Positions 13,140 through 21,158 of a stretch of DNA of 48,348 nucleotides are shown here, in pieces. This DNA is from Bigelowiella natans CCMP2755. Taxonomy: Eukaryota > Protista > Cercozoa. The stretch covers positions 1-48,348 of the forward strand of contig ADNK01002202.1 of assembly GCA_000320545.1 (NCBI GenBank). The letters run 5' to 3'. The notes beneath the pieces were generated by a model. The model made no database searches. It saw only the letters and a program-made list of their open reading frames with translations, and was not told where the DNA came from. Every line of letters starts with the position of its first letter. Position 1 is the first letter of the stretch. Made by a program: the position numbers and the translations under genes.

Positions 13140-14197
13140 TGATGTAATGTGTGCACGCATGCTAGCATGTGTGTGTTATGTGTGTGTGAGTGTGTGTGTG
13201 CGTGTTTGCGTTTGCGCGTGTGGTGCATGTGCTGGCGCGCACAATCTGCAATGCGCATCAAGCTTCTCGATCAGTGTGTGTCAAACACACATTGACAAAC
13301 GATGGGCCGCGTACGTCCGGCTAGCTAGCTCCAAGCTAGCTAGCCTCAATGAGGCCCACGCTAGCTAGGTAGCCAGCACGCATGCCAGCACATCTGGACA
13401 TCCTAGATGCACGAACGCACAGACGATCAGCAATGCATGCCACTAGCATGGTGTGTGTGCACCTAGCTAGCTAGCTGTGCTAGCTGTGGGTCGTTTGTGG
13501 ATCTAGTCAACTAGTCAAGTGTTGTCAGCATGTCCACGTGTCTAGCTGGCTAGAGATGTGTGCACGTTTTGCATCGTCTTGTCAGCTGACATGTTCACAG
13601 CCATTTTGTTCAGATTCAACCATGGACTCAAATGGTGTGTGTGCATGCACGACCATGCCAGCATGCTAGCATGTGTAGGCGTGCTAGCGTGTCTGGAACA
13701 GGCACATCACACATTGCTTCTTGAACTGTTCAAATTGGCAAGGGGGTTTCACTCCCCCGGGTTTTGGTCCGCATCATGCTCGGCGGTTTTGCCCCGGCGT
13801 CAGCCGGGAAAATTTTTCGATTTCACCCAAAAAAATGCAAATTTTGTTCAAATTCCTCAATGTTTTCTTCAAAAACCATCCACAAAGTGTCCAGTGAAAT
13901 TGCCCAAGATGCACATTGGCGGAACTCTTGGCATCGTGTCACTGGGATGTCTCAGATGTGCCCAACCCACTTCCCTGGCGCATGCAGATTTGATCAATGC
14001 TTTGTTCATCATTCCCGCCCTTTCCATCGATGTGTGCACCAGCGTGTGTGACTGATCACGTGCGCAGCGTCGATCATCCAGTCGTGCGCGACGTCGCGAC
14101 GTCGCGACGTGTCTAGCTTCAATTTGATGATGAAGTGACAAGTGTGCATCAGAGTGGGAAGCTGTGAGTGCTTGCGTGCGCGCGCGCTGGGCACGCA
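13140..14197. other. TpA-erased, CTAG-retaining island (left flank of the LTR element)
   Basis: 13687-14197 (511 bp) contains one TpA, inside CTAG (14113-14116). 13140-13690 is rich in gctagc and alternating purine-pyrimidine tracts. Confidence 0.92.
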
Positions 14198-14523
14198 TGT
14201 AGCGCGTACCACTACGCGGGCACAAGTCACGTGCGACAACAAAGGGGTTGTCGCGGATATAGAATATAGATAACGTAGATATTAATACAGCATAGGCACG
14301 TGGGTTCCGGCGGGACTCATGGCAGCACACCGGAAGTGTGCTGCCCCACGTGCGGCGGCATTCGCGAAAGCTTCGCGAATGATTACGCAGTGCACGATTT
14401 AATAAAAATATAATCTTTAATAAAAATAAACACAACTCTTCAAAAGGAAGCAAACGTGCCTTTCCCCCCCCCTGCCTACTTGTGCACGTAGCGCCTCGGC
14501 CTGTGAACACCTTACGCGCAACA
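14198..14523 (+). repeat. 5' LTR (326 bp)
   Basis: TGTAGCGCGTA...TACGCGCAACA (11-bp imperfect terminal inverted repeat). Identical to 19588-19913. Contains AATAAA signals at ~14401 and ~14419. Confidence 0.97.
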
Positions 14524-14528
14524 ACCTT

Positions 14529-14546
14529 TGGCTTCCACACACGGGA
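14529..14546 (+). promoter_or_regulatory. Primer-binding site (complement of a tRNA 3' end, possibly tRNA-Glu/Asp)
   Basis: TGGCTTCCACACACGGGA(AACGA) starts 5 nt after the LTR. Its reverse complement TCGTTTCCCGTGTGTGGAAG-CCA looks like T-arm + acceptor + CCA. The tRNA isotype is a guess. Confidence 0.7.
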
Positions 14547-14562
14547 AACGATTTGACTAACA

Positions 14563-17500
14563 ATGTCACAGCAGCTAGAAGAACAGCAGGACTTTGGCTC
14601 GCAGGCCGTGCAAGGGCACGAGCAGAAACAGGAAAGGAAGGGCGATACGGACGCTAAGGAAGGAGGAGGAACACCTCCACAGGCACCGCCGGGACCAGCA
14701 CCCGGGATTAAGAAAGCAGATGCAGCAGCAGAGGCACTGGAGAACTTCTACGAGGCGGACGACGAGGACGTGGCCGCCGAAAGCAAGAAGGTCGTAATGG
14801 CATTACGAGCCTTGCGACCCAGGGCGAGCAACTACGCCAAACTGAAAGTATCGATAGAATACAAGTATCAGACACATGATGTTTGGGCAGCTATCATGCA
14901 GGACATCATGGATTACGAAGCAGACTTACCTCCAGAGTGGGCAGCTTTGTTTAGGAACGACGGGGGTCTGGGCGCCTCGCGGGGGACGACCCAGAGCACC
15001 GTCAAGCAGCAGCAGCCGGTACAGCGGAACACCCAGTTCATGTCTGTTAAAACAGCACCGGTTATGATAACGAAATACAACGGGAAAAGAGGTGAGGCAA
15101 GGAGGTGGTGGAAGAACGCTAGGAGTATACTCTGCGACTTTACCCCTAACCCCACCGAAAACGACAAGCTCAAATGGCTAGCTATAATAAAGCAAGCCAT
15201 GGACCTTTACGAGACAGGCAGGACCCGGATCAGGCAGCTAGAGAAAATACACACTACAGTTAGTGGGCTACGAGACGTTGAGGCGATAATGAAGGCTTTT
15301 GTAAATGAACAGGATGCTAACTCCCTACCCCAGGCTATTAGAAAATACAGAGCAATGATGCAGCATGAGAGAGAACCTGTTAGAGACTTTGCCACGCGCT
15401 TCCAGGATATGATCGACGAACTACATGATTTTAATTACAACACAGGTGATGATCAGGCAAGGTTTGAAGAGTTCAAGTTAAAGATAAAGGAATCCACTTA
15501 CGTTACGGAGAAAGGCTACACCACGATGGAGGCAGCAGTGCAGGCTATATCCCTACGCGAGCAGGAGCAGGACCGCAAGTTTACCAGCCCTAAGGTACCT
15601 GGCATAGGAAACATTAACGCTATTAAGCCGCAGCGAGACTGGTACAAGGACAGGGAAGGTAACCGACGTTGCGGATACTGCTCACGTAAAGGGAAACACA
15701 CCGCTAAAGACTGCAGAGACAGGAAAGAAGGACGACCCAGGATGACGATCAGGCAGCTCAACGAACACTACGAGAAGTTAAAGAGAAAGAAAGGCAGAGG
15801 ACAAGGATATAACAACAGCAAATGGCAAGGCAGCAACAACGGGAAGAACAATAAATATAAGAACAAAAAGCAGAACAGTATCAATGCTATACAGCAGCAG
15901 ATAAACGGAATATTAGATCACCTTAAGCAGGCGCCGACGAAGACAGCAGTACCAGCAACGCAGGACCAAGACAAGCCCATGACCCTAGACGACATAAAGA
16001 ACTTAGGAGTATGCAACATTAATGACGAAGACGCTAACAGGACTATCAAAGTTGCTATGACCAAGGTTAAAGTTAAAGACAGCTACGGAGACTACAAGAA
16101 ACTACCTGCCCTTTGGGATAGTGGCAGCATGCCGAAGTCCTTCATAAGCCTAAGCACAGTAAGAAGGTTAGGACTATTGGATCAAGTGACTAAGAAAGAA
16201 CGTAAATATGCTCAAGCAGACGGAAGCTCTTCCATGAAGACCGTCGGTGAGCTAATGCTAAAGCTACAGATACCTGGCAGCGACGCGGAGACCCAAATCA
16301 AGACCCGAGTAGCCATGACTTTATCCATGGAACTACTCCTCGGACAGGATGCCCTAGAAAAATTAGGGGGGATCATATCATTCTACAATCACAAGATATA
16401 CTTTGCTAAGTTGCCAAAGAAGTCAGGCAGGACCATCAGCCAGAACATGATACGGCTTGACGAGTGGACCTCTGAGTCAAGCGTTAATGCGTTAGAGTTT
16501 ATGGACCTAGCGGACAACAAGCTACCTACACCTACCGAGCTACGGAAGAAGAACCCCGGCAAGACCATCCGACAGATAACGGAGCTACTGGACAAGACCC
16601 CCCCAGCTGATGATTGGGATATCGACAAAGGCAAAAAGTACATTAATAAAATATTAAACGAGAAGTACTCTGACATCACCAAGCCGACGACGAAGCCCTC
16701 CAGCAAGCTTACCCCAGTAAAGATCGAGCTAAAGAAGGGATACGAAGAGTGCATCATCAATGACCCAGAACATAGGCGACCGGAAGCGGACTGGGAAAAG
16801 ATAGAGTGGCAGATCAATGAATGGGCAAAGGAAGGGAAGATAGAGCCAAGCAACTCACCATGGAACGTGAGACATGTGCTAGCTAAGAAACCTACTTACC
16901 CTTTCTTCCGCCTGGCGCACAACTTCATCCGCCACAACCGAGTAATAAAGAGGATCCAGACACCTACACCAAGGATAGATGACGTTATTGAACACGTCAT
17001 AGGATACAAATACTACTCTTCCCTAGATAAAAATGAATCATACATGCAGACACCCATCCACAAAACCTCCCGCCCCATTACCGCGTTCTCCAGCAGGCAC
17101 AGGAAGTGGCACTTCGTCGTATTCCCTTACGGCCTAAGCATATCAGGGGATGCGTTCAGTAGTCAGAACTACAGGGCATACACACATGATGGGATGGCGT
17201 CTGTGTTGTGGGTGTTTGTGTTTGTGTATGTGGATGATGACATAATATGTACCAACACAGTCGTCGCTCAGATCTTCCTCCTGGAAAATATATTTATTAG
17301 GTTTGCACACTTCGGTTTTACTATTAGACTGCAGAAGTGTACATTCCTAGCTACAAGAATCAAGTGGTGTGGATATTACCTGGAGCAAGGCCGCATCACC
17401 CCAAACCCCGAGAAAGTAGCAGCACTACAGCAAGCCCCTAAACCTAAGAATGCAAAGGAGTTAAAGTCATTCTTGCAGACTGCAGCTTGGATACTACGTA

Positions 17501-19536
17501 GGTTCTCCCCTACCTACGCTAGGACTGCAGCTGCTTTTACTACTGCTTACCGGAAGGAGAACTCTGTAGGCCTCAGCTTCGCTAAGGTGTGGGCCAAGGC
17601 TGGCCTTGATGCCCACTTCGATAACCTAATAAAGTTATGCAGCAACACCCTATTGAATGCTAAGCTAGACACTACTAGACCAGCTACCCTATGGACAGAC
17701 TGGTCTAAGCTAGGTATGGCTGCTGTACTTACCCAAGACCAGCAGATCATACGGGTGTGGGGCAGGGCCTGCACAGCAGCTGAGGCCAAGTACAGCCCTA
17801 CAAAAGGAGAGTATAAAGCCATGACTGAGGCGCAGAGGAAACTAAGATACTACCTGCTGTCGGTGCCCAGCTTCACCTTAATGACTGACCACAAGCCCCT
17901 CCTAGGCATCGACCGCAAGCTCGAAGCGCCTAACGATGAGTATGCAGCTATGAGGGCGGACACGGAAGAGTTTAGGGACAAGAGGACAGTGGTCTACGCA
18001 CCAGGAGACAAGCAGCTTGCTGACTATTTCAGCAGGCTGTTCGAAAAGAAAGTCCCTACCCAGGTCACCCCTATGGTTAACGCGATTACCTTCGAGGACG
18101 GCGACTTCCTGCCTGAGCCAGAGGAGCTCCAGCACCTTCAAGAACACCTGGATAAATACAAACACAAGCATGAGGTACTTAGTGATAGGATATATGTATA
18201 CACTAATAATGTTAGGCGTACCTACGTGCCACGGCGGACCAGGGGAGCCCTTCTCTTTACCGCCCATGGACCTGCACACGTAGGAGAAAACCATATCACT
18301 GCTCTACTCTACCATTACTACTGGCCCTACAAGCTAAAAGAGATAAGGACATACCTGCGTGGCTGCAGGTGCTCCAGCTTGAAGGCGGCAGGCGTCGCCA
18401 CCAAGGAGTCCAGCAAGAGCCGTGCATCTAAGAAAATCAAAGCAAGGAACTTCTTAGATATCGTGCAAATTGATGTTTATAAGTACGATGGCTATCACTA
18501 CCTTACCTTCGTTGATGTGGCCACTGGAAAGTGCTGGGTTAAAAAGATTATCAAGGTCAACGTTGCTAAGAAGAACAAAGGCTTATATAAGCAGAGGCTT
18601 ACTAACTGCTACCGTACCTGGGAGTCTGAGCTCCAGGCTATCCCTGATGAAGTTAGCATAAACAAGATACCAAAGAAGTTACATGTGGATAATGAGACCT
18701 CTCTTCTACAGCTACCACACCCTAATATTGATGCCTCACCTGTATACTATGCCCAGTCCAACTCCAAGGTAGAGCGACTCCACCGCACCTTGGCCAACCT
18801 AAGCAGGATAAATAGCACCACACCAGACAAGATACAAGGGTTAGTAAACGACACCTTCACGTCTGGGGGAGGTATCAAGGATAAGGAGAGGGAAGAAGGC
18901 GACGACAACGACGACGATACCGAGAGCGAAGACGAGAAGGTCCCGTACGATGGCCGAGTTCTAAAGGAAGGACAGTATGTTAGGGCCAAGGTAAATCTGA
19001 GATCGAGAAATAAACAAGACCCCTTCTGGGGTGGCGTTGCAAAGGTTACCGAGAGGAAGGGGAGGAAGCAGTACTACATCTATGATGGGAACAGGGTCAC
19101 CTTGCGCCACATCAGTCACCTAAAGAATTATGATATCGGTGAGAAGCTCCTAGAGGATGTTAAAGTAAACCCTACTGTGTGGGAGCGAGCAATGCCTTGT
19201 TTAGGACCCCGACCTAAGTTCGATGTGGAATATGGAAACAATAAGGTCAGGGTGAACGACGATTGGCGCATGAAGATTGTCTATCTAGGCTACCCTGGAT
19301 TACGAAATATGGAGAGGGTAGCTATGAAAATAAAGGACGGAAAATATCAGCTACTCTACCTAGCTGTTCCCGACTTACCCTTTGAGCACTGGTATAAGGT
19401 CCTGGGGGACCTTGATGCAGAGGGCTGGTATGGACACGAACCTAAGGACGAAGGTGAGTTCTGGGTAAGCGACAAAGGAGATAAGGTTAGAGAGGAATCT
19501 ATTACCTGGTGGTTGGTGAAGTTCCGAAAGCGATGA
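14563..19536 (+). CDS. Gag-Pol polyprotein (1657 aa): Gag with Zn knuckle, aspartic protease, RT, RNase H, integrase, SH3/GPY-F-like module and a C-terminal methyltransferase-like extension
   Basis: CGYCSRKGKHTAKDC (15670-15714); LWDSGS protease (~16117); SPWN, SLDKNESYMQ, FPYGL and YVDD RT motifs; WTDWS...YSPTKGE...TDHKPL RNase H; AHGPAH...CRC Zn module; QID/HVD/KVE integrase catalytic residues. Confidence 0.96.
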   Translation: MSQQLEEQQDFGSQAVQGHEQKQERKGDTDAKEGGGTPPQAPPGPAPGIKKADAAAEALENFYEADDEDVAAESKKVVMALRALRPRASNYAKLKVSIEYKYQTHDVWAAIMQDIMDYEADLPPEWAALFRNDGGLGASRGTTQSTVKQQQPVQRNTQFMSVKTAPVMITKYNGKRGEARRWWKNARSILCDFTPNPTENDKLKWLAIIKQAMDLYETGRTRIRQLEKIHTTVSGLRDVEAIMKAFVNEQDANSLPQAIRKYRAMMQHEREPVRDFATRFQDMIDELHDFNYNTGDDQARFEEFKLKIKESTYVTEKGYTTMEAAVQAISLREQEQDRKFTSPKVPGIGNINAIKPQRDWYKDREGNRRCGYCSRKGKHTAKDCRDRKEGRPRMTIRQLNEHYEKLKRKKGRGQGYNNSKWQGSNNGKNNKYKNKKQNSINAIQQQINGILDHLKQAPTKTAVPATQDQDKPMTLDDIKNLGVCNINDEDANRTIKVAMTKVKVKDSYGDYKKLPALWDSGSMPKSFISLSTVRRLGLLDQVTKKERKYAQADGSSSMKTVGELMLKLQIPGSDAETQIKTRVAMTLSMELLLGQDALEKLGGIISFYNHKIYFAKLPKKSGRTISQNMIRLDEWTSESSVNALEFMDLADNKLPTPTELRKKNPGKTIRQITELLDKTPPADDWDIDKGKKYINKILNEKYSDITKPTTKPSSKLTPVKIELKKGYEECIINDPEHRRPEADWEKIEWQINEWAKEGKIEPSNSPWNVRHVLAKKPTYPFFRLAHNFIRHNRVIKRIQTPTPRIDDVIEHVIGYKYYSSLDKNESYMQTPIHKTSRPITAFSSRHRKWHFVVFPYGLSISGDAFSSQNYRAYTHDGMASVLWVFVFVYVDDDIICTNTVVAQIFLLENIFIRFAHFGFTIRLQKCTFLATRIKWCGYYLEQGRITPNPEKVAALQQAPKPKNAKELKSFLQTAAWILRRFSPTYARTAAAFTTAYRKENSVGLSFAKVWAKAGLDAHFDNLIKLCSNTLLNAKLDTTRPATLWTDWSKLGMAAVLTQDQQIIRVWGRACTAAEAKYSPTKGEYKAMTEAQRKLRYYLLSVPSFTLMTDHKPLLGIDRKLEAPNDEYAAMRADTEEFRDKRTVVYAPGDKQLADYFSRLFEKKVPTQVTPMVNAITFEDGDFLPEPEELQHLQEHLDKYKHKHEVLSDRIYVYTNNVRRTYVPRRTRGALLFTAHGPAHVGENHITALLYHYYWPYKLKEIRTYLRGCRCSSLKAAGVATKESSKSRASKKIKARNFLDIVQIDVYKYDGYHYLTFVDVATGKCWVKKIIKVNVAKKNKGLYKQRLTNCYRTWESELQAIPDEVSINKIPKKLHVDNETSLLQLPHPNIDASPVYYAQSNSKVERLHRTLANLSRINSTTPDKIQGLVNDTFTSGGGIKDKEREEGDDNDDDTESEDEKVPYDGRVLKEGQYVRAKVNLRSRNKQDPFWGGVAKVTERKGRKQYYIYDGNRVTLRHISHLKNYDIGEKLLEDVKVNPTVWERAMPCLGPRPKFDVEYGNNKVRVNDDWRMKIVYLGYPGLRNMERVAMKIKDGKYQLLYLAVPDLPFEHWYKVLGDLDAEGWYGHEPKDEGEFWVSDKGDKVREESITWWLVKFRKR

Positions 19537-19578
19537 AGGTCTAAGGGAATAAGGAAGGAAGGAAGGAGCAACGTGACT

Positions 19579-19587
19579 TGGGGGAGG
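19579..19587 (+). promoter_or_regulatory. Polypurine tract (PPT)
   Basis: TGGGGGAGG immediately 5' of the 3' LTR. A further purine run lies at ~19543-19568. Confidence 0.85.
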
Positions 19588-19913
19588 TGTAGCGCGTACC
19601 ACTACGCGGGCACAAGTCACGTGCGACAACAAAGGGGTTGTCGCGGATATAGAATATAGATAACGTAGATATTAATACAGCATAGGCACGTGGGTTCCGG
19701 CGGGACTCATGGCAGCACACCGGAAGTGTGCTGCCCCACGTGCGGCGGCATTCGCGAAAGCTTCGCGAATGATTACGCAGTGCACGATTTAATAAAAATA
19801 TAATCTTTAATAAAAATAAACACAACTCTTCAAAAGGAAGCAAACGTGCCTTTCCCCCCCCCTGCCTACTTGTGCACGTAGCGCCTCGGCCTGTGAACAC
19901 CTTACGCGCAACA
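19588..19913 (+). repeat. 3' LTR (326 bp)
   Basis: Base-for-base identical to the 5' LTR on visual alignment; followed by TSD CGCA. Confidence 0.97.
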
Positions 19914-20539
19914 CGCACAAAGTGTGCCAGTGTGCGCCATCGTGCCCACACGTCTTGCTCGTGCGTCCAATCCCAAGCAGCTCTGGAGCTGCGCGTCGCG
20001 CATCACATCCAGCTTCATTGATTGCCGCATCGGCACCGTGCAGGCCGCTAGGAGCCACACATCGAAAACTCACCAAAGTCAAAACCACCAAAAAAAAGCA
20101 CTTTTTTGGCGCGGAAACGTTCAATTTTGCGAATTTTGGAGTGGAACTTCTGGAGGTGACGGAGTTGCTCTTGACACGGCCTCTGAGCATGTTTTTTTGA
20201 GCCAACGCGCAAAGGGGACCCTTTCCGCGGCACCCAAAGTTTTTGCCCTCGATTTTTTTCCTTGAAAATCCACTTTTTTGCACCCCTTTCTGGACAATTC
20301 TGGACCTTCTCACACGTCCAGAAGTCTTCTGTGGTGCTTCGGAAGAAGTTTGGATTGGATTCCGAGCATGACACGGACCAAAACCCGGGGGAGTGAATCC
20401 CCCTTGTCAAATTGGACATTCAGCTTCGCTGTGGACAAAGGGCAGCGCCGGCACAGTTGCATCACGCGTGGATTTCGTTGTCGTCGGAACATGAAATCGC
20501 GAAAAACAATGACATTTTCCTGATGCGACGTGAACATTT
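19914..20539. other. TpA-erased island (right flank of the LTR element)
   Basis: 626 bp with a single TpA, inside CTAG (20048-20051), despite long A and T runs. Confidence 0.93.
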
Positions 20540-21158
20540 TAGCTTGGTTTTCTGTCAATCGCCTGATTTTGTTCCGATCATTCCCAAGATTTTTTGTGAA
20601 TTTAACTTTTCGGCTAAAATTACTACGACCAGTAGACCAGCTGGTGCACCCCACCTCCACACACAAGACAGAGAGGTGATACTGAGACAGTAGGTGGAAT
20701 AGTCACCGTTAGCGAAGCCGGAAAGGATGGCCGGAGTGAGATATATGTCCATAGAACTTCCTTTACGATATCATCATTGAAAATCTTTATGAAGTGAGCC
20801 GCACGTCATGATTTCGTCGTCAGTGCCTGAAATTCACGTCTTCACAAGTCAATGTGCGATGTCATTTAGTTTCTGAAATGGAAATCCTTGCTGGCGCAAC
20901 GTGATAAGGACTGAGATAGACCCGTCGCACCTACGAAGGAGCCAACTCAACTCGATTCAGAACGAGAGATAAAATGCGAGCATCGAATTTGGCCACAGTG
21001 TCTCGGGGAGGATACTTCCTCAGCATTATCCTGGGAATCACGGCGGCAGGTAGCAGTGTGGTGAGAGTCCCAGGTACATCGTTTCACTTTATCGTTGGCT
21101 TTGTAATTGAAGTGCATTGAATGATGCTCGAAGTAGAGTGTACTCGGAATGATAAAAT

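Larger units (their letters stand above)
14198..19913 (+). mobile_element. Full-length Ty3/gypsy-type LTR retrotransposon, very recent insertion
   Basis: Two identical 326-bp LTRs with TGT...ACA ends, 4-bp TSD CGCA (14194-14197 and 19914-19917), PBS, PPT, and one intact gag-pol ORF in PR-RT-RH-IN order. Confidence 0.97.
13739..20406. mobile_element. Non-autonomous Mutator-like (MULE) TIR DNA element, about 950 bp without the nested LTR retrotransposon
   Basis: 45-bp TIRs at 13739-13783 and 20362-20406 (CAAGGGGGWTTCACTCCCCCGGGTTTTGGTCCG..TCATGCTCGG, 3 mismatches). Perfect 9-bp TSD TCAAATTGG at 13730-13738 and 20407-20415; 9-bp TSDs are typical of MULEs. No transposase ORF. Confidence 0.88.

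Noticed and set aside
13687-14197. Classical RIP or CpG-methylation decay as the cause of the island composition
   Set aside because: The direction is opposite: TpA is lost, CpA/TpG are abundant and CpG is retained.
14290-14382. HDV-like or hammerhead ribozyme in the LTR
   Set aside because: Catalytic core consensus not present; kept only as a structured-RNA finding.
13869-14540. 223-aa and 136-aa minus-strand ORFs (13869-14540, 19541-19951) sharing identical peptide
   Set aside because: Antisense read-through of the identical LTRs, the first continuing into the stop-poor flank; no domain.
19807-20693. Cluster of 80-170 aa ORFs as a possible transposase or accessory genes
   Set aside because: No DDE or Zn motifs; explained by loss of TAA/TAG in TpA-erased DNA.
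20620-21150. Possible small minus-strand gene
   Set aside because: Protein-like fragments only; cannot be supported.
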